A DNA stretch of 64,000 nt from Endomicrobiales bacterium (GTDB taxonomy: Bacteria; Elusimicrobiota; Endomicrobiia; Endomicrobiales; JAFGIL01). The notes beneath the pieces were generated by a model. It saw only the letters and a program-made list of their open reading frames with translations. It was not told where the DNA came from and did no database searches. The DNA lies in contig JAFGIL010000039.1 in NCBI GenBank assembly GCA_016929635.1, forward strand, positions 3,251 through 67,250, given 5' to 3'. Below, piece by piece: positions 19,506 to 30,000 of the stretch (within the stretch, counting starts at the first letter, position 1; the number at the start of each line of letters is the position of its first letter). A program made the position numbers and the translations under genes.

Positions 19506-19522
19506 TTAACAATATTCTAATG

Positions 19523-20266
19523 TTATTCTTTTTTCCCTTTAGCTGCTTCTTTTGGTTTGGCCGCTGCTTTACCTGCTTCCGAAGCAGGAGCGGCACCTTC
19601 AGCGCCTTCCTCTCCTTCTTTCTCCTTCTTGCCTTTGCCTATTACTTCAGGTTCCTGAGGCAGCTCCCCAGCTGCTGCTGCTTCTGCTTCAGGCGTAACC
19701 TCTTCAATCTTTGTAGGAGCAACCACGTTAACAACCATGGATTGAGAATCTGCAAGAACCTCAACACCCTGAGGTATCGTTAAATCCTTTACCGCCAGGC
19801 TCTGGGTAATTTCAAGCTTCGAAACATCAACATCAATTGATTTCGGAATATCCCCGGGCAGACATTTTACTCTGAGCTCACGCAAAATATGCTCAAGAAT
19901 ACCGCCGGAATTTTTTACTCCCGGAGCAGTTCCTACTACGTGCAGAGGAACATTCACTTCTATTTTCTGCTTCATAGAAACAGCCAGAAGATCAATGTGT
20001 ATGGGGTTATGGGTGAAAATATTACGTTGAATCTCTTTGACTATGCAGGTCTTATTCTTGCCTCCAATATTGATATCAATCAAAGCATTTTTTCCCAATC
20101 CCGTATGAATCAGCTTGTCAAAGGCTTTTCCATTGACGACCAGATGCGTTGTTTTCTCGCCATGCCCGTAAAAGACGGCGGGAATTTTTCCCTCTTTGCG
20201 CAGCAACTTCAGATTTTGTTTATTCTCAATTTGCCTTGCCTCTACTTCCAAACTTAACCTTTCCAT
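19523..20266 (-). CDS. rplY: 50S ribosomal protein L25 / general stress protein Ctc, with an Ala/Lys/Glu-rich tail
   Basis: RKEGKIPAVFYG motif and a two-domain Ctc form. The C-terminus is low-complexity (EAEAAAAGE...KGKKE). Confidence 0.9.
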   Translation of the reverse strand: MERLSLEVEARQIENKQNLKLLRKEGKIPAVFYGHGEKTTHLVVNGKAFDKLIHTGLGKNALIDINIGGKNKTCIVKEIQRNIFTHNPIHIDLLAVSMKQKIEVNVPLHVVGTAPGVKNSGGILEHILRELRVKCLPGDIPKSIDVDVSKLEITQSLAVKDLTIPQGVEVLADSQSMVVNVVAPTKIEEVTPEAEAAAAGELPQEPEVIGKGKKEKEGEEGAEGAAPASEAGKAAAKPKEAAKGKKE

Positions 20267-20338
20267 ATTCAGCCTCCCTTGTTATTTTTACATAAAAAAT
20301 CAAAACAAATACCATATTAAGAATTTATTATGTTCGTA

Positions 20339-21268
20339 TTAAACAAACAGCTCGCTAACTGATTCACGGCTGTAGATTCTTTTGATTGCTTCTGCCAGAA
20401 GCGAAGCAACGCTCAGCACAGTTATCTTCTGGGATTTCTTTCCATTAATAGGAATAGAATCGGTTATTATCAACTCCTCCAGACAGGATTCGTTAATTCT
20501 TTCTATCGCTTTTCCCGAAAGAACTCCGTGCGAGCACGCAGCTAAAACACTTTTTGCCCCTTTCTTTTTTACTGCCTGGGCAACTTTCACCAATGTCCCT
20601 GCGGTATCCACCAAGTCATCGAGAATAATAGCAGTTTTATCCTTTACGTTACCGATAACGTGCATAATATCCGCTTCGTTTTCTTTTGGCCTGCGCTTAT
20701 CCGTGATAACCAATCCCGCATCTAATCTCTTGGCAAAAGCGCGTGCTCTCTCCGCTCCCCCGGCATCAGGGGCAACAATAACTATATCCTTCATCTTTTT
20801 TCTGTTAATATAGGATAAAAACACAGGCATGGCATATAGATGGTCAACAGGAATATCAAAGAATCCCTGAATCTGGCCGGCGTGCAAATCCATTGTCACA
20901 ACTCTTTTTACGCCGGACGCTGAAAGCAGATTCGCAATCAGCTTTGCCGTTATAGGAACGCGAGGCTCCGCTTTCCGGTCCTGACGGCCGTACCCGTAAT
21001 ACGGTATCACTGTTGTGATATTGCGTGCTGAAGCGCGCCTTAAAGCGTCAATAATAACCAGAAGCTCCATTACATGCTCGTTAACCGGCGCGCATGTGGG
21101 CTGGACCACAAAACAATCCACTCCCCTTACATTCTCCCTTATTTTTACCAGGACTTCACCGTCGCTGAAACGGTTAACCTCGGCTTTACCCAGGGGAACA
21201 CCCAGATGTTTTACTATTGATTTTGCCAATTCCTTATTTGCATTTCCTGAAAAAACTTTTAATTCCAT
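20339..21268 (-). CDS. prs: Ribose-phosphate pyrophosphokinase
   Basis: MELKVFSGNANKELA, a PRPP-binding loop IIVAPDAGG and DDLVDTAGT. The start is set at the second ATG (21268), which has GGAG 6 nt upstream. Confidence 0.9.
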   Translation of the reverse strand: MELKVFSGNANKELAKSIVKHLGVPLGKAEVNRFSDGEVLVKIRENVRGVDCFVVQPTCAPVNEHVMELLVIIDALRRASARNITTVIPYYGYGRQDRKAEPRVPITAKLIANLLSASGVKRVVTMDLHAGQIQGFFDIPVDHLYAMPVFLSYINRKKMKDIVIVAPDAGGAERARAFAKRLDAGLVITDKRRPKENEADIMHVIGNVKDKTAIILDDLVDTAGTLVKVAQAVKKKGAKSVLAACSHGVLSGKAIERINESCLEELIITDSIPINGKKSQKITVLSVASLLAEAIKRIYSRESVSELFV

Positions 21269-21318
21269 AAAAAACTCCATCTATATATTATTTTTTCCTT
21301 CCGGAAAATCTGTGTTAA

Positions 21319-22677
21319 CTACTTTTTCTTTTTAACTTTATTTACCTGCCTTGCACGGGCAATAGCCATGTGTTTCTTCGGGACGTTATTTGTAATTGTA
21401 GATCCTGCCCCGATTAAAGTCTCCGGCCCTATTTTTACCGGAGCAACGAAGTTAACGTTAGAGCCCACAAACGACCTGTCTCCAATAATTGTCTTATATT
21501 TTTTTACGCCGTCATAGTTGCAGGTAATAGTCCCTGCGCCGATATTTACGTGTTTGCCCAGATATGAATCCCCTATGTATGAAAGATGATTAACCTTGGA
21601 GCCTGCGCCGATCGTCGAGTTCTTTGTCTCGGAGAAATTCCCGACCTTTGCTCCCTCTTTAACTTTAGTGCCGGGCCGCAAATGCGAGAAAGGCCCGATT
21701 TTAACGCGTTTTGAAATACTGGAGCTGTAAATGTAGGAGCTGACAACTTCTACATTGTCCGCCAAAACCGAATCTTTTATATAAGAATAAGGGCCTATCC
21801 TGCAGTTTTTGCCTATTGATGTTTTTCCTTCTATGACAGTGCCGGGAAAGATTACAGTATCTGTTCCTATTTTAGCCTGGCTGGAAACATATGTGTTTTC
21901 CGGGTCAACAATAGTGACGCCGTTTAACATAAGGTTTTTTAAAATATTTCCGCGCACTATTTTCTCGGCCCGCGCGAGATCCGCACGGTTATTTATACCG
22001 AGTATTTCCTCAAATTTTGCATTCGGGTAAGCTCCGATATTTTCTCCCATATCACTCAAGAAGGAAATGGCATCCGTCAAATAATATTCTTTTTTCTTAT
22101 TATCAGATTTTATTTTCTTTAACGCATCCCAGATAACGGGGCTTGAAAAACAATATATCCCGCTGTTAATCTCTTTTATCTCCCTCTGGCGGTCCGTAGC
22201 ATCCTTTTCTTCGATTATGCCCCTGACCTGCCCTGAGGGCAAACGATAAATCCTGCCGTAGCTGAAAGGATTGTCTATCATGGAAGATAAAATAGTAGCT
22301 GCGTTATTCTGCTTTTTATGGATACTAACCAGATTGGACAATGTCTGCTTTTGTATCAACGGCACGTCGCCGCATAAAACAAGAATATTGCCTTTATACC
22401 TTTTGAGATACCTCTCTACCTGTTTTAAGGCATGCCCCGAGCCGAGCTGCTTTTTCTGTTCGACAAAAATAACCTTATCTTTCGATAACTCGCTGCAGAC
22501 CTGCTTTTTATCATGCCCGACAACTATATAGCTTTTGCCCGGTTTCAACGGCGCTACAGCAGATAAAACCCATCTTATCAGAGGCCTGCCGTTTAGTTTA
22601 TGCAAAACCTTCGGGAGAAAGGATTTCATCCTTGTGCCCTCGCCTGCTGCTAAAATGACTACAGTTAATTTATTCAT
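21319..22677 (-). CDS. glmU: Bifunctional UDP-N-acetylglucosamine pyrophosphorylase / GlcN-1-P acetyltransferase
   Basis: LAAGEGTRMKS N-terminus and left-handed beta-helix hexapeptide repeats in the C-terminal half. Confidence 0.9.
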   Translation of the reverse strand: MNKLTVVILAAGEGTRMKSFLPKVLHKLNGRPLIRWVLSAVAPLKPGKSYIVVGHDKKQVCSELSKDKVIFVEQKKQLGSGHALKQVERYLKRYKGNILVLCGDVPLIQKQTLSNLVSIHKKQNNAATILSSMIDNPFSYGRIYRLPSGQVRGIIEEKDATDRQREIKEINSGIYCFSSPVIWDALKKIKSDNKKKEYYLTDAISFLSDMGENIGAYPNAKFEEILGINNRADLARAEKIVRGNILKNLMLNGVTIVDPENTYVSSQAKIGTDTVIFPGTVIEGKTSIGKNCRIGPYSYIKDSVLADNVEVVSSYIYSSSISKRVKIGPFSHLRPGTKVKEGAKVGNFSETKNSTIGAGSKVNHLSYIGDSYLGKHVNIGAGTITCNYDGVKKYKTIIGDRSFVGSNVNFVAPVKIGPETLIGAGSTITNNVPKKHMAIARARQVNKVKKKK

Positions 22678-22702
22678 ATTTATACTTTAATTACTAAAAA
22701 TC

Positions 22703-22773
22703 CTCCGGGACCAGGATTCGAACCTAGACAAAGGGATCCAAATTCCCTTGTGCTACCATTACACCATCCCGGA
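22703..22773 (-). tRNA. tRNA-Gln (anticodon UUG); CCA not encoded
   Basis: The reverse complement folds as a cloverleaf: acceptor tccggga/tcccgga, anticodon stem aggga/tccct with loop aTTTGga, and T arm ctagg-ttcgaat-cctgg. Confidence 0.8.
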
Positions 22774-22847
22774 ATTATAAAACAACCTCAACATTATATT
22801 TAAAAGAGATCATACTTCGGCAGGAAGTCCTAAATTTTAATATATAC

Positions 22848-23108
22848 TTATGCGCCTTTTATTTTATCTTCATAAACTTCCAGAACTTTCTTTTCCAGCT
22901 CATGCCTGAAGTCGTTGGTAATGGGATGGGCTATATCCTTAAAGCTGCCATCCTGCATTTTCCTTGAAGGCATGCATACCATCAGACCCTTTTCACCTTT
23001 AACGATCCGGAGATTGTGAATAACAAAAACATCATCAAACGTTATTGCCGCGTACGCCTTCAGCTTTTGCTCATCCTTAGGAAAAATCCTCACTTCTGTG
23101 ATCTTCAT
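22848..23108 (-). CDS. spoVG: Septation protein SpoVG
   Basis: MKITEVRIFPKDE...LKAYAAITFDDVFVIHNLRIV is the canonical SpoVG N-terminus. The start is moved to the internal Met at 23108. Confidence 0.85.
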   Translation of the reverse strand: MKITEVRIFPKDEQKLKAYAAITFDDVFVIHNLRIVKGEKGLMVCMPSRKMQDGSFKDIAHPITNDFRHELEKKVLEVYEDKIKGA

Positions 23109-23197
23109 CCCGTAAGACCTCCTCAAAATTAGTAGAGAGCAGCTGCTTAAAAACAACGATGGATTTTCAAAGCTTTTTAATAGCTACTCTATAAGTT

Positions 23198-24040
23198 TCA
23201 GGGAACTGTTTTTACTACCCATATATCCCAAAAATCTTCATTAAATTTTGACTTTATTTTCTCCCCTTCGCTTCGGGACTTTATCAACGCAAAAACCGCA
23301 GAACCGGAGCCGGACAATAAATTAAAAAATCCCATATTTTTTAATTCATTTTTTATTTGTCTTATCTTTGCATAATTCAACAGAACCGGCTCTTCAAGGC
23401 GATTGAACAACAGCCGACCCCAGATGCTTGGCAAGGAACCGGCTTCCAATAGTTTTTTAATTTTAGTAATTTTTTGTTGTTTTGTCAATGGAAAACTCAA
23501 TTTTTTGTAAACGGATGCGGTAGGTATGGAAAACCTTGGAAAAATAAGCAAATACCAGGCTGGTTTCACATTATTAATCTTCTTGATTTTTTCACCTATT
23601 CCTGATGCAAAAGCCGTGCCTCCATAAAGAAAAAAAGGGACATCAGCCCCCAGTTTAACAGCTATTTTCAATAATTCCTGCTTTGGAATCCTTTTTTTCC
23701 AGAATTTCAGGAGCCCTTTCAGCACCGATGCGGCATCGCTGGAGCCGCCGCCCAGGCCTGCACCTGCAGGTATGTTTTTCTCCAAAATAATCTTTGCGCC
23801 ATGTTTTACCTTTAGTTTTTCTTTTAAAAGAAATGCGGCTTTAAGCGCTAGATTGTCCCTGCCTTTGGGTATACCCCTCTTACTGCATACCAAAGATAAA
23901 GCGTTTTTCTGCGGTAGAATTTTTATTTTATCGTACAGGCTTACGGTCTGGAAGATTGTTTCTAAGTTATGATACCCGTCGTTTCTTTTGGATACAACTT
24001 CTAGGAAAAGATTAATTTTGGCAGGGGCAAGAATCTGCAT
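23198..24040 (-). CDS. ispE: 4-diphosphocytidyl-2-C-methyl-D-erythritol kinase
   Basis: APAKINLFLEV N-terminus and the GHMP-kinase motif PAGAGLGGGSSDAA. Confidence 0.85.
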   Translation of the reverse strand: MQILAPAKINLFLEVVSKRNDGYHNLETIFQTVSLYDKIKILPQKNALSLVCSKRGIPKGRDNLALKAAFLLKEKLKVKHGAKIILEKNIPAGAGLGGGSSDAASVLKGLLKFWKKRIPKQELLKIAVKLGADVPFFLYGGTAFASGIGEKIKKINNVKPAWYLLIFPRFSIPTASVYKKLSFPLTKQQKITKIKKLLEAGSLPSIWGRLLFNRLEEPVLLNYAKIRQIKNELKNMGFFNLLSGSGSAVFALIKSRSEGEKIKSKFNEDFWDIWVVKTVP

Positions 24041-24094
24041 TTTTTTGATTGTTATTAACCCTCGCGCTTCAAAAACGGGAGTTTAGCATTTAGA

Positions 24095-26263
24095 TTACTC
24101 TGTTTTATTGCCTTCCAAAGGCTCAAAAACATTGTCCTTTATGGTTTCATTGAGAATAAAATTCTTAATTTTAATTTCCGCTGTCGTGTTTTCTCCCGGC
24201 AAGACTATATCTATGTCAGACGGCAGATAAAGGCCCTCAAACAGAGTCTGTTTCCGGAACTTCATTATTATCTGTTTTTCCTTTCTGTATTCCTTTATCA
24301 TGCCGATTTTTTTATCGATTAAAAGCGTCTTCTTGCCCAGTTTGTAAAGATAGTCGGAGCCTTTAACTGTAACCTCCGTATCCTCGGAATCAAACTGCTC
24401 CAGAAGGTCTGCGTTGAAATAATCCTTTATTCTGCTTAAATACTGAAGGTTCTCAACAGATATATTTCTATTCATAGCCTGGGGATATACGTTGATGTCA
24501 TGGTTCTCCATAATGACAATCTGGGGAGCAAACAGGTTGCCCAGAATATCTATCCGCCATTTATCGGGCCTGCTGTACTGGAATGTCCCGAACGATCTGT
24601 AGTTATATTCGGGGGTTTTGGCGGATATGGCGAAATTTGTTTTCAATGATTTTACCTGCAGAAGATTCCCCACGGCTCTTTTTAAAATCTTCCTGTGAAG
24701 TGTTTTCGGTAAAACAAATTTCTCCAGCTGGGAGATTTTTTTTGCAAGTATTTTATTGTTCGGGTCCAACTCCATTGCTTTTTGATAAGCGTCCCAGGCC
24801 TGGGACGTATTATCCAGTTTGAACCTTACATCACCCAGATGCTCCCAAACAATCGGGTCAGCTATTTTTCCGACGGCTCTATTTAATATCTCCTCCGCTT
24901 CCTTAAACGACCCTCTCCTGAAATAGACCCAGCCGAGTGAATCAATATATGCCCCGTTGTCCGGGTCGATTTTAAGCGCCTTGTTTATTAAATCCTCGGC
25001 TTCATCAAGTTTCATATTGCGGTCTGCATAGGAATATCCCAGATAGTTCAAGGCAGTTGCATTTTCCGGATTCAGGCTGATAACCTTTTCAAATTTAGAA
25101 ACAGCTTTATCGAACCTGCCCCAGCTGTCATAAAGCACTCCGAGATGAAAGTAGATTTCCTCAAAATCAGGTTTCAGCTCTATTGCTTTGAGGAAGTTTT
25201 TCTCGGCAGATTTGTATTTCTTCATATCAAAATAAGCCAAACCCAGCAAATAGTAAGAGTTCGGGTTATCGGGTTCAATCTCTGCCACTTTTTTCAGGTA
25301 CTTGATTGCCCGGGATACGTTTTTCATTGCGGAATAATAAAAACTCAACCTTGTTAAAACAACCGAACTCTCGTTTTTTTCCCTTATTAACTCGAAATGG
25401 CTTATTGCTTTTCTCCAATCCTGCCTTTGCTCGGCAAGTATCCCCAGCCAGAAATTTATGTTTGTGTCGATTGGATTTAGTTCAAGAGCACGGGTAAAAA
25501 CCTTCTCCGATTCCTCGAACCTGTTGAGCCTGAAGTACAATCCTCCCAGATAGAGCAGTACAGTCAGGTTGTCAGGTACTACCTCAAGATAATGCTCATA
25601 CTCCTTGATGGCAGCATCTGTTTCGCCCTTCTGTTCATAGATTCCTGCCAAGGACAAATGTGCTTCAGCTTCATTCGGTTCAAGGTCAACTGCTTTCTTG
25701 AATGAATCCTTTGCCTCTTCAAGATGCCCCAGTTTTTCGTGAGACGCGCCTAATTGATAATAACCCCTGGCGGAATCAGGCCTCTGTTTGATAAATTTCT
25801 CCCAGTATATGACAGCTTTTTCCGGATACCTGTCAGAATAATATGCTGCCAAATAAAGTATTGCAGTTTCGTTTTCAGGCTCTATTTCCAGAGCTGTCTC
25901 CCAGGCCTTTCTGGCTAATGCCGATTGCCCTGTCATTAAATAAAAACTTCCCAGGAACAGCTGTGTTTCTACCTGATCTCCGGCCAGTTCATTATATTTT
26001 TCGGCAGCATAAAAGGAATCATTAAACCTTCCGAACTGCCAGTAGAGATATGCCAGTTCGCGATACGCAAGCACTGCATTCTTGTCAAGCATAATTACTC
26101 GCTGATACTGTTCAAGCGCATATTTTAAATCCCCGGCCCTGCTTGCAAGCAGCCCTCTGACATAAAAGTGATATGCTTCTGTCGGAATAGCGTAAGCGCT
26201 TGCAGCAACCAGCAAATTGAATATCAAAATATAGGCAGTGATTTTTTTGAAATTTTTCAACAT
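24095..26263 (-). CDS. TPR-repeat protein with a LolB/DUF4292-like C-terminal domain; N-terminal signal peptide
   Basis: About 14 TPR-like 34-aa units (AxxxYxxAlelxPxn pattern) over roughly 480 aa, followed by a beta-rich C-terminal domain. Confidence 0.7.
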   Translation of the reverse strand: MLKNFKKITAYILIFNLLVAASAYAIPTEAYHFYVRGLLASRAGDLKYALEQYQRVIMLDKNAVLAYRELAYLYWQFGRFNDSFYAAEKYNELAGDQVETQLFLGSFYLMTGQSALARKAWETALEIEPENETAILYLAAYYSDRYPEKAVIYWEKFIKQRPDSARGYYQLGASHEKLGHLEEAKDSFKKAVDLEPNEAEAHLSLAGIYEQKGETDAAIKEYEHYLEVVPDNLTVLLYLGGLYFRLNRFEESEKVFTRALELNPIDTNINFWLGILAEQRQDWRKAISHFELIREKNESSVVLTRLSFYYSAMKNVSRAIKYLKKVAEIEPDNPNSYYLLGLAYFDMKKYKSAEKNFLKAIELKPDFEEIYFHLGVLYDSWGRFDKAVSKFEKVISLNPENATALNYLGYSYADRNMKLDEAEDLINKALKIDPDNGAYIDSLGWVYFRRGSFKEAEEILNRAVGKIADPIVWEHLGDVRFKLDNTSQAWDAYQKAMELDPNNKILAKKISQLEKFVLPKTLHRKILKRAVGNLLQVKSLKTNFAISAKTPEYNYRSFGTFQYSRPDKWRIDILGNLFAPQIVIMENHDINVYPQAMNRNISVENLQYLSRIKDYFNADLLEQFDSEDTEVTVKGSDYLYKLGKKTLLIDKKIGMIKEYRKEKQIIMKFRKQTLFEGLYLPSDIDIVLPGENTTAEIKIKNFILNETIKDNVFEPLEGNKTE

Positions 26264-26274
26264 GTTTTATTTAG

Positions 26275-26772
26275 TTATGTTTTGGATAATTGACAATCCG
26301 GATTTGCAGTTTGTTTGGAATTTGATTTGAAATCTTTTATATTTTTTTCCATAAGGACTGCATTTTCTGTTCCGTAGTACTTCGGCCTTAATCCAGTTAC
26401 GTTAAAACCCATTGAAATATAAAGTCTTTTTGCTGCTTCATTGCTTTCACGGACTTCCAAAAGTATTTTTTCAATATCCTGTTGAGTTACATTATTAATT
26501 ACATAAGCCAGAAGTTTTCTTCCCAGCCCCATTCCTCTGTATTCCGGATGAATGGCAAGATTAGTCAAATGTGCCTCATTAAGAATCTTCCAATAGCCTG
26601 TATAACCGACAATCCTGTAATCAGTTTTTGCAATAAAAAAACGGGAAATCGGTAAAGAGATTTCCCTTTCAAACATCTCTCGCGACCAGGGTTCCGGAAA
26701 CGACAGGTTTTCTATACTCAAAACTTCCGGTATATGTTCCTTTCCAAAAGGCAAAAATTTAAGTTCTGGCAA
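26275..26772 (-). CDS. rimI: Ribosomal-protein-alanine N-acetyltransferase (GNAT), TTG start
   Basis: GNAT motif A is present (HPEYRGMGLGRKLL), with a RimI-like N-terminus (ENLSFPEPWS). Confidence 0.75.
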   Translation of the reverse strand: MPELKFLPFGKEHIPEVLSIENLSFPEPWSREMFEREISLPISRFFIAKTDYRIVGYTGYWKILNEAHLTNLAIHPEYRGMGLGRKLLAYVINNVTQQDIEKILLEVRESNEAAKRLYISMGFNVTGLRPKYYGTENAVLMEKNIKDFKSNSKQTANPDCQLSKT

Positions 26773-26831
26773 TTAAACAACCCCCGAGCATTTCTTAGAC
26801 CGAAGATTTCATTAAAAACAACCCTATGCAA

Positions 26832-26860
26832 ATTATAACAAAAAGTTATAGATTTTTCAA
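26832..26860 (-). promoter_or_regulatory. Sigma70-like promoter for the rimI-TPR-ispE unit (TTGAAA-N17-TATAAT)
   Basis: On the minus strand, TTGAAA lies at 26860..26855 and TATAAT at 26837..26832, separated by 17 nt. This is about 55 nt upstream of the rimI start. Confidence 0.45.
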
Positions 26861-26909
26861 GGATTTTAAGTGAAATATTTGCAAAATTGTAATGAAATAC
26901 AAATTCTTT

Positions 26910-27017
26910 GTAGTGTAGCCCTTGTGGACGTAAAAATATCGTAAACCAATTATTACGGGGACCCATTCGACAAGCTCAGGGCACTGAGCAAAGTCGAAGT
27001 GCAAGCCCCTCCACTAC
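26910..27017. repeat. GTAGTGTAG...CCACTAC structured element, long copy with an inserted ttcgac-gctcag...ctgagc-gtcgaa hairpin
   Basis: The 5' 31 nt nearly match 2940..2970. The internal nested hairpin is ttcgacaagctcagggcactgagcaaagtcgaa. It lies 18 nt beyond the giant ORF stop. Confidence 0.6.
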
Positions 27018-27034
27018 AATTGAGTGTTGATTGA

Positions 27035-30000
27035 TTAGCCTGCGGCATTGATGGCTTGTTGAAGTGCGGCAATGGCTGCCTGCGGTGCTTCCTCTACTAT
27101 GAAAGGTTCCTGGCGCTGATAGTGCGTAAAAAGAATATTTAAAAGGTCTGTAACTAAAACACCTCTACCTCTATCACCCCATGTCCTAATATCACCAAAA
27201 TTACCAATATAAGGAGCTATTATTTGATGAGGTGATTGTCTCTGAAGCCTTTCAGGTAGAGTGTGTTCGTATTCAACCGAAGTAACTCTTTTTAATACTT
27301 CATTGATATCTATTCCTTCATCTAGGTTTGCTATTTCTATTAGCAGAAGTTTCAAGAAAGCAGATTCATATTCCGGAGCCTCGAACTTTATATCACTAAT
27401 ATATCTTGCTTTTGCCATAGCACATGCTATTCCAACTAAAAATCCTCTAAACTCAGCATATGCATTTACTTGTTCTTCCATATCATCATTATGTCTAATT
27501 CTATCAACTAGCCTATCGAACTCCTGTCTGATACGCCCTTCTTCAGCAAACATTTCAGGCACTTCTATTAACAATCCCTCATCTATTATTTCATTTTCTA
27601 AACACATATCGGAAATCTCGCACAGACGCTTGAATTTATCCGGATAGAAATCCATGTTAACGTCAAGAAGTTCCCCGCTCCGTTTCATGAAAAACGCCTC
27701 TCCGCTTTTACTGCTTTGCTCGAAGCACTCCTGAGGATTTTGCGGCTCATAACGCGTGATTAACCTCATTATTTTTGTCCTGACACCTATTGTAGTAACT
27801 CTTTCTCCTTTTTCCGCCTGACTTAAAGCTCTTTCATAATAATCGCTCGGGATAACGACGCATTTCATATTAACAGCCCTGCTTTTTACCATCCTTATCA
27901 TCCTGTCAAGCTCCCGCGGGCTTTCTATCATAACAGCGTTGTCCTCGCTTAAATCCTGCAGCCCTTGAGGCAATACAAAATATACCTTCTTTATGGGAAG
28001 CTTTGATAAAACTTCCCTGCTGAAACCCTGATACCAGGTTCTGACCGCCTGCTGCTGTGCCGGTGCTGTCATAGCCCTAAAGTCCAGATAGACTTCATCG
28101 TAAGCTATGCCGTTTAATCCCGCAGTCAACATATTGGTGATAAGGTTATTTAATCCCTGCCCCTGCAGCTGCTCCTCCTTAGTTACACGGACAGGCACAG
28201 AAACTTTTATCTTTGCTTGTTTTAATTTTGTCACGGCTGCCTGCAGCTCTGCCGTTTTTTCTGCAATCTCCGGAGTTAAAACTCCCGGAGAATCTTCAAC
28301 GTAAATATCCCGCAGCATTAAAGTGCTTAACGGTGTCCACATGGAATTATCCCTGTCCCTGAGTTCTGTAATACGTTCTGCCAGATTGGAAACGCCAAAT
28401 TCATCCACGCTCATATCCATAACTAAAGCTACTTCCCAGCTTGTTACGGATTGAATAGTATTAGTTAAAAATCCCTGCCATATCTTACGGAATCTTTGCA
28501 TAAAAGACATTCCTCTTTCAAGGACAAGATTAACTCTTCTGGATGCTTTTGCCTGCCTTACAAAACCTTGCATATTTTCGTGCACTCCGGAGGCATCAGC
28601 TATGACTTCCGCATCTCTTAATAAATCTTCTGCTTTATCAACATCCGGAAAAGTGACTTTCAGAGCATCGAAAGAAAGCGTCACGCTTCCATCTTCGTTA
28701 TAAACAGGATTAAATGACTGAAGCGCCTCGCCCGGGACCATGCCCATATTATCGATAAAAATAACTTCGGGCAAGCTCTGCCTGTTGCTTGCCCGACTTT
28801 TTGGCTGGCCCGCAATCAGCATTTCATTTACATCATCGTCTATAATTCCTCTGTAAAGCAGCTGGCATGTAAGCAAATACAGCGTCAATGCTTCCTGGTT
28901 AACAAGCCGCCTTTGTATCAGAATCATGCCCGTAGATTCATTCTTCCAGACATCTATTGGTACACTTCTATCGTTGATTCTCACAACAAGGTTCGGAATC
29001 CCGGTTTGTTTCCTGAATCCGTTCTTCCTTAAATTATAACCTTTAGGTATAAACCCTACTCCGTGAGCGTTCACCCCGGCTTCTTTTAAAGCTGCCAGTT
29101 CCTTCTGCTTGGACTCCAGATTCCTTTCATCATAAACAATGTGGACAGTATCCCTGTTAACCGCGTAAGGATACTGCTGCCTCAACCCAGAAAACCCGTC
29201 CATTTGTGCCTCAACACTTTCCCGGGCTATCCTATTAACATTCGCTGTCCTTCTTGCAGCAAACAGCGCTCTTCTAATTATGTCTCTAATTACATTAGGT
29301 AATATAGAAATTGAGCCAATCACCTGATTAGTATAAGGCGCAACTTCGGCTCTCCATCCGCTTTTCTTTTCTTTATCTCCTGCATTAACTTCATCTCGAA
29401 TAGTACTTACATTTCCATTAGCTACTTCTACCATGTTGCTGGGCATAGCCATATGGTCTCTAAGAATATTCCAGTCAAACTGTTCTCTGCTTAGTTTATG
29501 ATACTCTTGCTTAACACGATATACTATACAATCATCATCCCGCCCCACTCTTTCCAGTATTCCTGCATCGACAAACTCCTGCGCTATGTCCAGAAGCACC
29601 CATTCCCTTTCAATAATAAGGAACTCCTTATTCCATGAAGGGTCATCAACTGCGATTATAGAAAGGATATGATTTCTTGCTTTATCCCAGAAACCAGCAG
29701 TGAACGAATCCCGCAATAAATGTATTGCTTTATCCTTAATTGAATCGATTAATTCAGCTCTGTCATACATTCCTGCATAACCTGCAAGATCTGTTATCAT
29801 TCTTAAGACTATGTCCAAACTCATTAAATCCATATCCACTATATCGAAGTTTACGGGCTTTGCAGTGGCAAGATCCCGCAAATGGCCGTTAATAGAAATA
29901 TTCTGCCTGCTTATCATCCCGTGCGTATAACCCTTTTCATACCACAAAGCGACCTGGCTTGTAACATTTTTTAACAAGAAATCAATATATAAGTCAAACA

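Noticed and set aside
19523-19700. Low-complexity, pyrimidine-rich DNA at the 3' end of the L25 gene, and the antisense ORF at 19520..19783.
   Set aside because: It encodes the Ala/Lys/Glu-rich C-terminal tail common in Ctc-type L25 proteins. The antisense ORF is a by-product of that composition.
26718-26966. An 82-aa minus-strand ORF spanning the rimI upstream region.
   Set aside because: It overlaps the rimI N-terminus, the predicted rimI promoter and the GTAGTGTAG repeat element. It is most likely an artefact of reading through a structured repeat.
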